Counted from the first letter of the stretch, positions 38,093-49,617 are shown. The stretch: 64,000 nucleotides of DNA from an uncultured Thermoplasmatales archaeon (GCA_964638155.1 CAZWYI010000006.1:5949-69948); one strand, 5' to 3'. Numbers and translations are program-made. Notes: generated by a model not told the origin, from the letters alone.

Positions 38093-41000
38093 TCAAAAAA
38101 TGGATCATAACCAAGGAATTCCTCTTACTGATGATTACTTTTTAGAAGAACCAGAATTAGCACTATTGAAAGATAAAATGCCAGCTCCTGAGACTACCGT
38201 TAAGGCGTTAGAACAAAGGCTTGCTAAAAAGAAAAAAAGAGTAATCAATGCAGATGTATTAGTTGTTGGTGCAGGTATTTCAGGAATGCAATCTGCACTG
38301 GATATTGCAGATAAAGGCTACAAAGTTGTAATAATTGATAAAACTTCAACTATTGGCGGGGCAATGGTAAAACTTGATAAGACTTTTCCTACAAATGATT
38401 GTAGTATTTGTACAGCGGCACCTAAGATGGTCGAGCTTGCTCGTCACCCAAACGTTGAACTAATCACTTATGCAGAGCTAAATAAATTAGATGGTGAAAA
38501 AGGTGATTTTTCCGCACAAATTTGGAAGAAAACCAAATATGTTGATCCTGATAAGTGTACCGGTTGTGATGACTGTACAGAAGTGTGTCCTGTAGATGTG
38601 GTGAGTAGTTTTAATGAAAAAATTTCAACTCGTAAAGCAATTTATATCGAGTTTCCACAGGCAGTTCCAATAGTCTATACAATTGATCATGAACACTGTA
38701 CCGGATGTGGAGCCTGCGATAGAGTTTGTGAACCAGAGGCAATTAATTTTCTAGAAAAATCCCAAGAAATAGAAGTAAAAGTAGGTGCTGTAGTTGTTGC
38801 TACTGGTTTTGAAGTATTTGAACCAAATGAGATACGTAAAGAATATGGTTATGGAAAATATGATAATGTTATGACTGCAATGCAGTTTGAAAGACTTTTA
38901 TCAAGTTTTGGTCCTACATCAGGAAAAGTACTACGCCCTTCAGATTTAAAGAAACCAAAAAAAATTGGTTGGATACAATGCGTCGGATCACGTAGTGAAC
39001 AAGATGGATATCCCTATTGTTCACGGGTTTGCTGTATGTATGCCACAAAAGAAGCAAGCATTGTAAAAGAATCAAACCCAGATATTGATATTAACATATA
39101 TTATATGGATATTAGAGCCTATGGTAAAGATTTCCAACAATATTATGATCATGCAAAAGACCTTGGTGTAAAATACAAAAGAGGCCGCCCTTCAAATGTT
39201 TATGAAAACAAGGATAAAAGCCTAACTGTAAGATATAAAGATACACTCTCTGGAAAAGTAGAGGAAGACAAAGTTGACTTACTTGTACTTTCCACATCTA
39301 TTATTCCTTCAAAACACAATAAAAAATTAGCAAAAATCCTTGGAATTGAAGTTGATGAAAACGGCTTTTTTAAACAAGATTCGCTTTTGAATAACCCTGT
39401 TCAATCAACTAAAGATGGTATATTTTTAGCAGGGTGTATTCAGGGGCCAAAGGATATTCCAGATAGTGTAAGTATGGCAAGCGGTGCAGCTGCAAAAGCA
39501 GTTTCACCTGTAAAAGATAGAAAAAGACATATCGGCCGTGACTTTCCAGCGGAAAAAGATGTATCTTTAGAAGAACCTAGAATTGGTGTTTTCATATGCC
39601 ATTGCGGTAAAAACATTGCAGGTTATCTTGATGTTGAAAAGCTAACTGAAAAAGTCAAAAAACAAGCAAATGTTGAATATGCAGAACATGTGATGTTTGC
39701 ATGTTCTGAGGATACTTGTAAAAAAATCCGTGAAACAATAAAAGAGAAAAAACTCAATAGAATTGTAGTTGCTGCCTGCTCACCAAGAACTCATGGTGGC
39801 TTGTTTCAGGATACATTACTTGAGGCAGGTTTAAACAAATATCTATTTGAAATGGCAAATATTCGTAACCACTGCAGTTGGGTTCACTCTGATGACTGGG
39901 ATAAGGCAACTGAAAAAGCAATAGGCCTTATTGATGCAGCTATAGCTAAAGTAAGATTACTAGAGCCTCTTAGTGAAGAGGAATTTTCAATTATCCCTAA
40001 AGTACTTGTTATCGGAGGGGGAGTATCAGGGATGAAGGCATCTCTTGCACTAGCTGATATGGGTATTAAATCATATTTAATTGAAAAAGAAAAAGAGCTG
40101 GGCGGGAGACTAAAACACCTACATTCCATGTTTCCATCTGATACCAAAGCAAAAGATATAATTAATCCATTAATTAAGAAAGTCAATAAAAACAAACTTA
40201 TTACTGTAATGAGAGAAGCAACACTTGCAGATATTGATGGTTTTATTGGTAACTACGAAGGCACAATTAAACATAAAGGTAAAAAGAAAAAACTGGAGTT
40301 TGGAACAATAATTGTTTCAACTGGTTTTAAAGAAGTAGACCTTAAAGGGCAGTATCAATATGGAAAAAATAAAAATATTCTTTCTCAAACAGAACTTGAA
40401 GAAAAAATCAAGAAAGGAGAATTAAAGAAGAAACCAAAAAACGTGGTAATGGTAAACTGCGCTGGCGCTATGGATGAAAAAAGACCTTATTGTTGTCGTA
40501 TAGGTTGCGGTGTTGCAATTAAAAATGCAAAGCTTATTTCTGAGAAATATCCTGGTGCAAAGATTTGGTTACTATATAGAGATATGCGTGTTTTTGGAAA
40601 AGAAGAAGAGGAATATTATTCTGATGTATTAGAGAATCAACATGTCACAATGGTTCGTTATCCTAGTGAGAAAAAACCAGAGGTAGTCTTAGACAAAAAA
40701 GATCCAATAGATGGGCCTATAAAAATAAAAGTATATGATGATATTTTAGGTGAAGAACTAACAATAGACTCAGATTTAGTTGTACTTACAGTTAATACTG
40801 AGGGTGAGGTTTTAACTGATACTTTGAAAAATATGCTAAAGATACCTGCAGATGCCGGTGGATTCTTTTTAGAAGCACATGCAAAAATCAGACCTCTTGA
40901 TTTTGCAACTGATGGTATATTCCTATGTGGTGCTGCTCATTTTCCAAAAAATTTAGTTGATTCAATTGCTCAGGCAGAAGGTGCTGCATCTCGGGCGGCA

Positions 41001-41288
41001 ATTCCAATAATGCAGGAGAAAATGAAAGGAGAAGGTCAGGTTGCAGAGGTAAATGAAGACCTCTGCAGTGGATGTAAGACATGTGAATCACTTTGCCCGT
41101 ATTCTGCAATAAGTGTTGAGCCTAAAAAGGATGATCCTGATCATCTTGTTGCAGAAGTAAATCGCGCTCTTTGCAAAGGATGTGGTGCATGTGCCGCTGG
41201 TTGTCCATCTGGTGCTATAGAACAGATGGGATTTAAAACAAAGCAGATACAAGTCATGGTAAATGCTCTTTTAGGGGAGTGTAAATAA
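38073..41288 (+). CDS. hdrA: HdrA-like flavoprotein, tandem double-HdrA form
   Basis: GAGISG, LDKTFPTNDC, QCVGSR..YCSRVCC, ICHCG, NIRNHCSWVH, second GGGVSG module, EAHAKIRP, terminal ferredoxin. Confidence 0.93.
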   Translation: MPSRDYNQKMDHNQGIPLTDDYFLEEPELALLKDKMPAPETTVKALEQRLAKKKKRVINADVLVVGAGISGMQSALDIADKGYKVVIIDKTSTIGGAMVKLDKTFPTNDCSICTAAPKMVELARHPNVELITYAELNKLDGEKGDFSAQIWKKTKYVDPDKCTGCDDCTEVCPVDVVSSFNEKISTRKAIYIEFPQAVPIVYTIDHEHCTGCGACDRVCEPEAINFLEKSQEIEVKVGAVVVATGFEVFEPNEIRKEYGYGKYDNVMTAMQFERLLSSFGPTSGKVLRPSDLKKPKKIGWIQCVGSRSEQDGYPYCSRVCCMYATKEASIVKESNPDIDINIYYMDIRAYGKDFQQYYDHAKDLGVKYKRGRPSNVYENKDKSLTVRYKDTLSGKVEEDKVDLLVLSTSIIPSKHNKKLAKILGIEVDENGFFKQDSLLNNPVQSTKDGIFLAGCIQGPKDIPDSVSMASGAAAKAVSPVKDRKRHIGRDFPAEKDVSLEEPRIGVFICHCGKNIAGYLDVEKLTEKVKKQANVEYAEHVMFACSEDTCKKIRETIKEKKLNRIVVAACSPRTHGGLFQDTLLEAGLNKYLFEMANIRNHCSWVHSDDWDKATEKAIGLIDAAIAKVRLLEPLSEEEFSIIPKVLVIGGGVSGMKASLALADMGIKSYLIEKEKELGGRLKHLHSMFPSDTKAKDIINPLIKKVNKNKLITVMREATLADIDGFIGNYEGTIKHKGKKKKLEFGTIIVSTGFKEVDLKGQYQYGKNKNILSQTELEEKIKKGELKKKPKNVVMVNCAGAMDEKRPYCCRIGCGVAIKNAKLISEKYPGAKIWLLYRDMRVFGKEEEEYYSDVLENQHVTMVRYPSEKKPEVVLDKKDPIDGPIKIKVYDDILGEELTIDSDLVVLTVNTEGEVLTDTLKNMLKIPADAGGFFLEAHAKIRPLDFATDGIFLCGAAHFPKNLVDSIAQAEGAASRAAIPIMQEKMKGEGQVAEVNEDLCSGCKTCESLCPYSAISVEPKKDDPDHLVAEVNRALCKGCGACAAGCPSGAIEQMGFKTKQIQVMVNALLGECK

Positions 41289-41290
41289 AT

Positions 41291-41719
41291 ATGCCAAAGG
41301 AAAAACTACCAAAGAACAAAGAAATAAGTCAGCTAACTTTTAAAAAAGGTGAACTGGCAAGAGAAGTCGAAGAAATCAGTGGTGAAAATCTCTTTGGCTG
41401 TTATCAATGCGGAACATGTTCTGCAGGTTGTCCATATGTTGATGATATGGATCTTACACCAGATGAGGTTATTAGATACATTATACTTGATAGAACGGAG
41501 GTACTAAACTCTAAAACGATTTGGCTTTGCTCAGCATGTTTTACATGCGCTGAACGCTGCCCCCGCAATATCAATATCACAAAAATTATGGAGGCTCTCC
41601 GCCAGATTATTCTTAGAAGAAAAATAGATCATAGTAATGCTCATAAAACAACAAAGAAAGAAAGAGAAAAGATACCGCAAATTGCGTTTGTAAGTTTATT
41701 TAGGAAAAATATTGGCTGA
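41291..41719 (+). CDS. hdrC: Heterodisulfide reductase subunit C-like
   Basis: CYQCGTCSAGCP and WLCSACFTCAERCP. Confidence 0.93.
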   Translation: MPKEKLPKNKEISQLTFKKGELAREVEEISGENLFGCYQCGTCSAGCPYVDDMDLTPDEVIRYIILDRTEVLNSKTIWLCSACFTCAERCPRNINITKIMEALRQIILRRKIDHSNAHKTTKKEREKIPQIAFVSLFRKNIG

Positions 41720-41724
41720 TTGTT

Positions 41725-42606
41725 ATGAAATTATTATACTACCCTGGTTGCACACTTAAAACATCTGCAAAAAATCTTGAAAAAACAGCTTTTGCAATAA
41801 TGGATAAACTTGGCCATGAACTAAAGGAGATGGATGATTGGGTATGCTGCGGCGTTGTATCATCACTTTCTGATGATGATTTAATGAGACATCTGGCACC
41901 GCTTCGTTCATTGATTCATGTTGAAGATCAAGGTGAAAAAAAAGTAATTAGTCTCTGTGACATGTGCTGCAACACTCTCAAACAGACTAATCTTAGGGTT
42001 AAGGAAAAACCTGATGATTTTGAAACTCTAAATGATTTTATGGATCAGGAAAATGATTATAAAAAAACAGTTGAGGTCTATCATTTCTTGGAGTTCTTAC
42101 GGGATGATATAGGTTTTGACAAATTGAAAAAAATGGTTAAAAACCCACTTTCTGGTCTAAAAATTATGCCTTATTACGGGTGTATGTTGTTAAGACCAAG
42201 AGAGGTTGCAATTGATGATGCCGAAGATCCAACTATTATGAGCGATCTTTTAAGGGCTCTTGGTGCAGAAGTAGTTGACAATCCATTTAAGATAGAATGT
42301 TGTGGTTCTTATCATACTATAGAAAATAAAGATATTGTTATAAATCGTGCATATCGTATCACAAATTTTGCAATTGAAAGAGATGCCGATGCAATTATGC
42401 TTTCTTGTCCGCTATGCCGTTTTAATTTAGATGAAAGGGGAAAAGAAGCAGAAAAGTTACACAAGGGATACCAACAGATTCCTGTTTATTATTACACACA
42501 ATTGATGGCAATAGCACTGGGAATTGATCCTTCATTATGCGGTTTTGATCAGCATGCTGTTGATCCAAAATTGTTATTGAAAAGAAAAGGGGTTTATGAA
42601 AAATAA
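41725..42606 (+). CDS. hdrB: Heterodisulfide reductase subunit B-like
   Basis: Two CCG domains (YYPGC..CCG..CDMC; YYGC..CCG..CPLC). Confidence 0.93.
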   Translation: MKLLYYPGCTLKTSAKNLEKTAFAIMDKLGHELKEMDDWVCCGVVSSLSDDDLMRHLAPLRSLIHVEDQGEKKVISLCDMCCNTLKQTNLRVKEKPDDFETLNDFMDQENDYKKTVEVYHFLEFLRDDIGFDKLKKMVKNPLSGLKIMPYYGCMLLRPREVAIDDAEDPTIMSDLLRALGAEVVDNPFKIECCGSYHTIENKDIVINRAYRITNFAIERDADAIMLSCPLCRFNLDERGKEAEKLHKGYQQIPVYYYTQLMAIALGIDPSLCGFDQHAVDPKLLLKRKGVYEK

Positions 42607-42626
42607 AAAGTTAGGTGGTATTATAT

Positions 42627-43628
42627 ATGACTAAAAAAAAGAAAAACAAAGAAAAAAAGAAACTCCAATTAGCATTCTACTGGGCTGCTAGTTGTGGCGG
42701 CTGTGAAATAGCAGTCCTTGATATTGATGAAAAGATTTTAGATGTAATAGAAATAGCTGATATCTTGTTTTGGCCTGTTGCTATGGATTTCAAATATAAA
42801 GATGTTGAAGCTATGAAAGATAACCATATCGATGTATGTTTCTTCAATGGCTCTATTAGAACAGAGGAACAAGAACATATTGCAAAATTACTTCGTAAAA
42901 AATCAAAAGTCCTTGTAGCATTTGGGGCATGTGCTGTAAGTGGCGGGATCCCTGGTCTTGGTAATGTTGCTAACAAAAAAGAAATTTTTGAGGTTGCCTA
43001 CTTAGATAATCCATCCACTGTTAACAAAAAGAAAATAACACCAAAACCAAAAGTGAAAGTAAAAGAAGGGGATCTAACACTCCCTGAATTTTATGATACT
43101 GTAAAAACTCTAGATCAGACAGTTGATGTTGATTACTATTTGCCAGGTTGTCCACCTACTCCTGACATGATTATGACAGCGGTCGAGGCTATAGCAGAAA
43201 ATAAACTACCACCAAAAGGCTCTATCCTTGGGCCATCAAAATCTGTCTGTGATGAATGTCGTTTTGAAAAAACAGAGAAAAAAATCAAGGAAATAAAACG
43301 TGTATATGAGGTCGATAAAATCGAAGATAAATGTCTACTTGAACAAGGAATCATCTGTCTCGGTCCTGCAACACGCGGTGGGTGTGACGCCCGCTGTCTT
43401 GATGCAAATATGCCCTGTACAGGATGCGGTGGGCCTACACCACACTCCATGGATCAAGGTGCAAGTATGATATCAGCAATTGCGTCTATTCTTGGATTAG
43501 AAGGTGAAGAAAAAATGAGTGATGAAGAAGTTCAAAAACTTATCGACCAAGTAATAGATCCAATTGGAACTTTCTATAAATATGGTTTACCTAGTGCCAT
43601 TCTTAATAGGAGGCTTGTTAAAAAATGA
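42627..43628 (+). CDS. mvhG: F420-non-reducing [NiFe]-hydrogenase small subunit
   Basis: SCGGC, GAC, PGCPP, SVCDEC, CLG..C..C..PCTGC. Confidence 0.93.
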   Translation: MTKKKKNKEKKKLQLAFYWAASCGGCEIAVLDIDEKILDVIEIADILFWPVAMDFKYKDVEAMKDNHIDVCFFNGSIRTEEQEHIAKLLRKKSKVLVAFGACAVSGGIPGLGNVANKKEIFEVAYLDNPSTVNKKKITPKPKVKVKEGDLTLPEFYDTVKTLDQTVDVDYYLPGCPPTPDMIMTAVEAIAENKLPPKGSILGPSKSVCDECRFEKTEKKIKEIKRVYEVDKIEDKCLLEQGIICLGPATRGGCDARCLDANMPCTGCGGPTPHSMDQGASMISAIASILGLEGEEKMSDEEVQKLIDQVIDPIGTFYKYGLPSAILNRRLVKK

Positions 43629-45085
43629 AAACTGTAACAATTGATCCCATTACAAGACTTGAGGGACATGGAAAAATAAGTATATTTTTAGATGACATAG
43701 GTGATGTAGCAAATGCCTACCTTCAGATACCTGAACTTAGAGGATTTGAACGATTCAGCGAAGGTAGACGTGCAGAAGATATGCCACAAATCACAAGTAG
43801 AATATGTGGGGTATGTCCGGTTGCTCATCACTTTGCAGCAACAAAAGCACTTGATGATGCTTTTAATGTCACTCCTCCATCTGCAGCAAAAAAACTCCGT
43901 GAATTAATGTACATGGGATATATCATCTATGATCATATTCTGCATTTTTATTATTTAGGGGGGCCTGATTTTGTAGTAGGTCCAGATGCACCTCCATCAA
44001 AAAGAAATATTCTTGGTGTTATAGAAAAAGCAGGTGTTGATATTGGAAAAGAAGTAATAAAACACAGGGCATATGGCCAGAAAATAACAGCAATTCTCGG
44101 TGGAAAGGCAACTCATCCAGTATGTGGTCTTCCTGGTGGTGTATCAAAGGGGCTTAATAAAGATGAAGTAATAGACATTGAAAAAATGACAAAGTCCTGT
44201 GTTGATTTTGCTAAGTTTTCTTTAAAACTTTTTGATGACATAGTTCTACAAAATAAAGATTATGTGGATATGATACTTAGTGACCCATATCAGTTAAAAA
44301 CATATAATATGGGGCTTGTTGATAAGAATAATAAGTTAAATTTTTATGATGGCACAATCCGTGTTACTGATCAAAAAGGAAAGGAATACAAAAAGTTTGA
44401 TGTGAAAGATTATTATAAAAATATTTCAGAACATGTAGAAGAATGGTCCTATATGAAATTCCCTTATCTTAATAGTATAGGCTGGAAGGGATTTAAAGAT
44501 GGAAAAGATAGTGGAATATATCGTGTGGGGCCATTAGGAAGACTTAATGCAGCTGAGGGCATGGCAACTCCTCTAGCAGATAAAGAATACAACAAATTTT
44601 ATGAAACACTTGGTGGAAAAGCAGTCAATAGTACCCTTGCCTTTCACTGGGCTCGGTTAATAGAACTTTTGTATGCAACAGAGAGGGCAACTGAACTTTT
44701 AAAAGACAAGGAACTCACTTCAGAAAAAGTAAAAAATCCAGTTGGAAAACCAGGTGAAGGATTTGGTGTAATAGAAGCTGCCCGTGGTACACTTATTCAT
44801 CATTATAAACTTGATAAAAACGGGCTTATTGATAAAGCAAATTTAATTGTTGCAACTACAAACAATGCAGGTGCAATAAACATGAGCATACGCGATGCAG
44901 CAAAAGGTTTGATAAAAAACGGTAATGTTGATGATGCAACATTAAACATGGTTGAAATGGCATTTCGTGCATATGATCCATGTTTTGCCTGTGCAACGCA
45001 CACTCTACCTGGTGGTATGCCACTTAAAGTTGAAATCTATGATCATAATAAAAAACACATTAAAACATTAAAACAAAATCTATAG
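43625..45085 (+). CDS. mvhA: [NiFe]-hydrogenase large subunit, group 3c
   Basis: TRLEGHG, RICGVC, EAARG, RAYDPCFACATH plus cleavable tail. Confidence 0.95.
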   Translation: MKTVTIDPITRLEGHGKISIFLDDIGDVANAYLQIPELRGFERFSEGRRAEDMPQITSRICGVCPVAHHFAATKALDDAFNVTPPSAAKKLRELMYMGYIIYDHILHFYYLGGPDFVVGPDAPPSKRNILGVIEKAGVDIGKEVIKHRAYGQKITAILGGKATHPVCGLPGGVSKGLNKDEVIDIEKMTKSCVDFAKFSLKLFDDIVLQNKDYVDMILSDPYQLKTYNMGLVDKNNKLNFYDGTIRVTDQKGKEYKKFDVKDYYKNISEHVEEWSYMKFPYLNSIGWKGFKDGKDSGIYRVGPLGRLNAAEGMATPLADKEYNKFYETLGGKAVNSTLAFHWARLIELLYATERATELLKDKELTSEKVKNPVGKPGEGFGVIEAARGTLIHHYKLDKNGLIDKANLIVATTNNAGAINMSIRDAAKGLIKNGNVDDATLNMVEMAFRAYDPCFACATHTLPGGMPLKVEIYDHNKKHIKTLKQNL

Positions 45086-45094
45086 GAATAAAAA

Positions 45095-45565
45095 ATGAAA
45101 ACTATAATATTAGGAGTTGGAAACCAGATTCTAGGTGATGACGGTGTAGGAATACACGTAGTAAAAGAGTTAAAAAAACACCTTCAAAATAATTCAAATG
45201 TCACTATAGATGAGGCGATAACTGGCGGAATGAATCTATTAGACCTACTCCTAGGATATGAAAAAGCAATAATAGTTGATGCTGTAAAATCAGATGATGC
45301 AAAAGAGGGGGAGGTTAAAAGAATTCCTCTCGGTGATTTTAAGACTATGCATTCCTGTAATCCTCATGATGTAAGCTTAACTGAAGCAATTGAAATGGCA
45401 GAAAAATTAGGGGAGAAAAGAATTCCAACAGAAATAGTTGTCATTGGAATAATGATGAAACAAATTCCTTGTGAATTCAAAGAAAACCTCAGTAGTAATA
45501 TTGCTTCTGCTGTTCCAAAAGCTGTAAAAATGACTATCAACGAATTAAAAAATGAAAATAATTAG
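45095..45565 (+). CDS. Hydrogenase maturation endopeptidase
   Basis: GVGN.ILGDDGVG, IVDA, conserved His; follows mvhA. Confidence 0.93.
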   Translation: MKTIILGVGNQILGDDGVGIHVVKELKKHLQNNSNVTIDEAITGGMNLLDLLLGYEKAIIVDAVKSDDAKEGEVKRIPLGDFKTMHSCNPHDVSLTEAIEMAEKLGEKRIPTEIVVIGIMMKQIPCEFKENLSSNIASAVPKAVKMTINELKNENN

Positions 45566-45585
45566 ATTTGAGGTGAAAAAAATAG

Positions 45586-46008
45586 ATGGCAAAAAAAGAA
45601 TTTGAACCAAAAATTATTGGGTTTTTATGTAACTGGTGTAGTTATGCTGGAGCAGACTTGGCAGGCACAAGTCGTATGAGATATCCACCAAACATAAAAA
45701 GCATTCGTGTGATGTGCTCAGGCCGTGTGGAACCTGCATTTGTACTTGAAGCATTAAAAAAAGGAGCTGATGGAGTGCTTATTGCTGGATGCCATCCAGG
45801 TGATTGTCATTATCAGTCTGGTAATTACAAAACAAACCGCCGTATTAAACTTCTAAAAAAACTTTTAAAGGATATGGGAGTTGAACCAGAGCGGGTAAGA
45901 TTTGAGTATATATCTGCATCTGAGGGGCAGAAATTTGCAGATACTGTTACTGATTTTGTAAAAGAACTCAAAAAATTAGGGCCAAATCCAATAAAGGTTG
46001 AATTATGA
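45586..46008 (+). CDS. mvhD: Hydrogenase [2Fe-2S] subunit MvhD
   Basis: [28 protein letters not shown]. Confidence 0.96.
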   Translation: MAKKEFEPKIIGFLCNWCSYAGADLAGTSRMRYPPNIKSIRVMCSGRVEPAFVLEALKKGADGVLIAGCHPGDCHYQSGNYKTNRRIKLLKKLLKDMGVEPERVRFEYISASEGQKFADTVTDFVKELKKLGPNPIKVEL

Positions 46009-47441
46009 ATAAAAATGTAGATATCGATAAATTAAAAGATATAGTCGGCGAAAATAATGTTAGAGATAATATCGCTGATTTATACGTTTATTCATCTGAT
46101 GCATCAGTTCATAGTAAATTGCCTGATGTAGTTGTAAGACCAGAATCTACAAAACAAGTACAAGAAATTATGCGTTATGCAAATAAAAATAAAATACCAG
46201 TAGTCACAAGAGGTGCCGGTTCAGGAATGAGTGGACAAACAGTTCCACTTGATGGCGGCATCATTCTTGATATTAAAAAAATGGATAAAATAATTGAAAT
46301 CCGCCCTGAAGATGTTATTTGTAAAGTTGAACCGGGGGTTGTAAACGATGAATTAAACCGTGTTTTAAAACCATATGGTTTCTTTTTCCCACCAACACCT
46401 TCCTCCGGTCGTATATGTACAATTGGTGGTATGATAGGAACAAATGCATCAGGAAACCGCTCTGTTAAATATGGTGCAACTCGTGATGCTGTACTTGGAA
46501 TGAAAGTAGTTCTTGCAAATGGAGATTTAGTAACCCTTGGGTCAAACACTAAAGTCGATTCATCAGGGTATCAACTTGCAAGACTTATGGTTGGTTCTGA
46601 AGGAACACTTGGGATTGTTGTTGAGGCAACCCTTCTGATATCACCCACTCCAAAATATCGTGCTATGGGTATTGCAAACTTTAAAACACTTCAAGATGCA
46701 GGAAAAATGATTAGTGATACTATTGCAAATGGTATAACTCCGTCTATGCTTGAACTTATGGATAATGTTGCAATAACTGCAGTAAATAACGCTCAAGATA
46801 TGGATCTTCCTGATGTTGAAGCAATTGTTATTTTTGAATGTAATGGTATGACTAAAGAAACAGTTGATTATGAAATAAATCAATTAAAAAAGATTTGTAA
46901 AAAACATAATGGAAATGGTATTAAAATCACTCATGATGAAAAAGAAATGACAAAAATATACACAGGAAGGAAAAAACTGTTTCCATCTCTATCCAGATAC
47001 AAAGAGGGCCTATATACAACTGCTCTAGCTGATGATATGGCAGTACCTATGAGTAAAATTGCTGATACCATAAATAAAATCCATGAAATAGCAGGTAAAA
47101 ATAAGGTTGTAATGAGTGCATATGGTCACTGTGGTGCAGGTTTAATACACACTAAAATTCTTATGGATACAACTAAGGAATCCCAATGGAAAAATGCAAA
47201 AAATGCAGTAAAAGAAGTATATGATTATGTTCACTCCATTGGTGGTACTACTTCAGGTGAACATGGTATAGGTTTTTCCAAAGGACCTTCTTTTAAAGAA
47301 GAAAAAAAGGACTCACTTGAGATGATGCGTGCAATAAAATATGCACTTGATCCAAATAATATTCTAAATCCAAATAAACTTATGGATTCACCTGACGATT
47401 GGCTTACTGCAACTAAATTACGTTATCGAGTTGAAACATAA
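46005..47441 (+). CDS. FAD-linked D-2-hydroxyacid dehydrogenase (GlcD/Dld family)
   Basis: RGAGSG, TIGG..NASG..KYG, GSEGTLG, GH.G.G.IH, SGEHGIG, LNP. Confidence 0.9.
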   Translation: MNKNVDIDKLKDIVGENNVRDNIADLYVYSSDASVHSKLPDVVVRPESTKQVQEIMRYANKNKIPVVTRGAGSGMSGQTVPLDGGIILDIKKMDKIIEIRPEDVICKVEPGVVNDELNRVLKPYGFFFPPTPSSGRICTIGGMIGTNASGNRSVKYGATRDAVLGMKVVLANGDLVTLGSNTKVDSSGYQLARLMVGSEGTLGIVVEATLLISPTPKYRAMGIANFKTLQDAGKMISDTIANGITPSMLELMDNVAITAVNNAQDMDLPDVEAIVIFECNGMTKETVDYEINQLKKICKKHNGNGIKITHDEKEMTKIYTGRKKLFPSLSRYKEGLYTTALADDMAVPMSKIADTINKIHEIAGKNKVVMSAYGHCGAGLIHTKILMDTTKESQWKNAKNAVKEVYDYVHSIGGTTSGEHGIGFSKGPSFKEEKKDSLEMMRAIKYALDPNNILNPNKLMDSPDDWLTATKLRYRVET

Positions 47442-47470
47442 AATTAATATAATTGTTTGAGGGAGAAAAT

Positions 47471-48568
47471 TTGGCTACAAAAACTAAAACAAAAAGCAAA
47501 CATCTAAAAGAGTATGAAGAACAGATGAACATGTGCATACGCTGTGCATATTGTTTTGAGAAATGCCCTGTTATTAAAGAAATTAAGTGGGATACAGATG
47601 GTGCACGTGGAAAAGTAATAATGAGCTATGGAATCCTTACTGGAGAATTAGAGCCATCTAAATATATAGCTGATAAACTCTTTAGATGTACATTTTGCAG
47701 AGATTGTATGGAGAGATGCCCATCAAAACTTGAAATACTTGAAATTTTTTCAAATGCTCGTGCAGAATTAGTAGATGCAGGTTTTGCATCTGATACTCAC
47801 AAATATATTATCAAAAACATCAAAAAAACAGGTAACATCTATGGAGATACAGAAGTAATATATCCTGAAAAAAAAGGTAAAACTCCCTTGTTTATAGGAT
47901 GTCAGTATCTAGGCCGTCCTAATAAAACAAAAAAATATATAAAAATTCTTGAAAAACTTGGAATGGAGCCAACAGTTGTAAAAGAAATATGCTGTGGTTT
48001 TCCAATGGACGTACTTGGGTTTAAAAAAGAATATAACAAACATAAAGAAGAATTCAAGGAAAAATTCCCATTTGATAACGCAGTAGCTCTTTGCCCTACT
48101 TGCACAGTTTTTTTAAAAGAGGGATATGAAATAAAAGCAAAACACGTACTAGAATTTATACTTGAAAAATTACCAGAGGTAAATTTAGATATGAAAGTTA
48201 CCTATCATGATCCCTGTGATTTTTCGCGTGGCTTGAAAATAATTGAGGAACCTAGAAAAATTTTAGAAAAACTTGGTGTAGAAATAGTTGAAATGGAAAA
48301 CAATAGAGAAAATAGCAGATGCTGTGGCGGCGGAGGCGGAATTTTGATGACAGATCAAGAATTATCAAATGATATAGCTAAAAAAAGAATCCATGAAGCG
48401 CTTGAAACAGGTGTAGACCTGCTTGTTACAAGTTGTCCTACATGTGAAACAACTCTTAAAAAAGCAGCTCAAGAAATATCTGAATCTGAGGGAAAAACAA
48501 TATCTGTTAGAAATATTGAAGATATAATTTGGAAAGGATTAAGAAAAGCAACAAAGGAGAAAAAATAA
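47471..48568 (+). CDS. GlcF/HdrD-like Fe-S oxidoreductase (2x[4Fe-4S] + two CCG domains)
   Basis: CIRCAYC..CP, CTFCRDC..CP, CCG..CPTC twice, YHDPC; SD GAGGGG before TTG 47471. Confidence 0.88.
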   Translation: MATKTKTKSKHLKEYEEQMNMCIRCAYCFEKCPVIKEIKWDTDGARGKVIMSYGILTGELEPSKYIADKLFRCTFCRDCMERCPSKLEILEIFSNARAELVDAGFASDTHKYIIKNIKKTGNIYGDTEVIYPEKKGKTPLFIGCQYLGRPNKTKKYIKILEKLGMEPTVVKEICCGFPMDVLGFKKEYNKHKEEFKEKFPFDNAVALCPTCTVFLKEGYEIKAKHVLEFILEKLPEVNLDMKVTYHDPCDFSRGLKIIEEPRKILEKLGVEIVEMENNRENSRCCGGGGGILMTDQELSNDIAKKRIHEALETGVDLLVTSCPTCETTLKKAAQEISESEGKTISVRNIEDIIWKGLRKATKEKK

Positions 48569-49617
48569 TGTATCTATTAGATTTAGGTGAAAGGCCCTGG
48601 CAGCAATCTATGCTTATTTTTCACACTCTTGCAAGAATGGGTGTGGAGGCAGTTGATATTGTATGGCCGAAGACGCCTTTTGTTAGTATTGGATATTTTC
48701 AAGATGCTAAAAAAGAAGTAGATATTAATTATTGTAACAAAACAAATCTACCAATTTTCAGAAGAGAAGTTGGTGGAGGTACTGTATATTTAGATAGAAA
48801 TCAGATTTTTTATCATGTTATATGGAATAAGGATAACCCTAATCTTCCTAAGAAGATAAATGATATTTATGAATATTTGTCTATTCCTCCTATAGAAACC
48901 TATGAAGAATTTGGAATACCAACTAAGTTTCGCAAAGTAAATGACATTGTTACATCCAAAGATCGTAAAATAGCAGGTCTTGGTGGTGCTGATATTGCAG
49001 ATTCTATGGTATTTGTTGGATCAATCATACGAGATTTTGATTATAATAAGATGGCTAATTCTATAAAAGTTCCAGATGAAAAATTTCGTGATAAGATCTA
49101 TAAAACAATGGAAGAAAATGTAACAAATATGAAAAAAGAGATCGGAAAGGCTCCCCCTCATAAAGAAATCAAAGAAGTTTTAATTAAAAAATATGAAAAT
49201 CTTCTTGGAAAACTCAAACCATTAAAACTAAACGATGAAATCATAAGAAAAATGACTGAACTTGCAAAATGGTTTAACTCACCTGAATTTTTATATAAAA
49301 AAACTCCGCGTATTCCTAAAGGTGTCAAAATAAAAGAGGGAATTGAAATCCTATATAGCACATATAAAGCAAAAGGTGGACTTGTTCGTACATCCCAAGA
49401 GGTAGAACAAAAACAAATTAGAGATATTAGTATTTCAGGTGATTTTACACTTTTCCCTAAAAAAGAACTAAATAATCTTGAAGTCTCACTTAAAAACACA
49501 AAAAGAGAACCAGATGAACTAGAATCAACGATCGAAGAATTTTACGAAGAAACAGAAGTACAAACACCCGGCATAAAATCAAAAGATTTTACTAAAGCAA
49601 TTATGGGGGCAAAATAA
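48568..49617 (+). CDS. lplA: Lipoate-protein ligase (fused LplA+LplB, sLpl(AB)-like)
   Basis: SIGYFQ, RREVGGGTVY, NDI..RKIAG, C-terminal KAKGGL..ISGDF domain. Confidence 0.9.
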   Translation: MYLLDLGERPWQQSMLIFHTLARMGVEAVDIVWPKTPFVSIGYFQDAKKEVDINYCNKTNLPIFRREVGGGTVYLDRNQIFYHVIWNKDNPNLPKKINDIYEYLSIPPIETYEEFGIPTKFRKVNDIVTSKDRKIAGLGGADIADSMVFVGSIIRDFDYNKMANSIKVPDEKFRDKIYKTMEENVTNMKKEIGKAPPHKEIKEVLIKKYENLLGKLKPLKLNDEIIRKMTELAKWFNSPEFLYKKTPRIPKGVKIKEGIEILYSTYKAKGGLVRTSQEVEQKQIRDISISGDFTLFPKKELNNLEVSLKNTKREPDELESTIEEFYEETEVQTPGIKSKDFTKAIMGAK

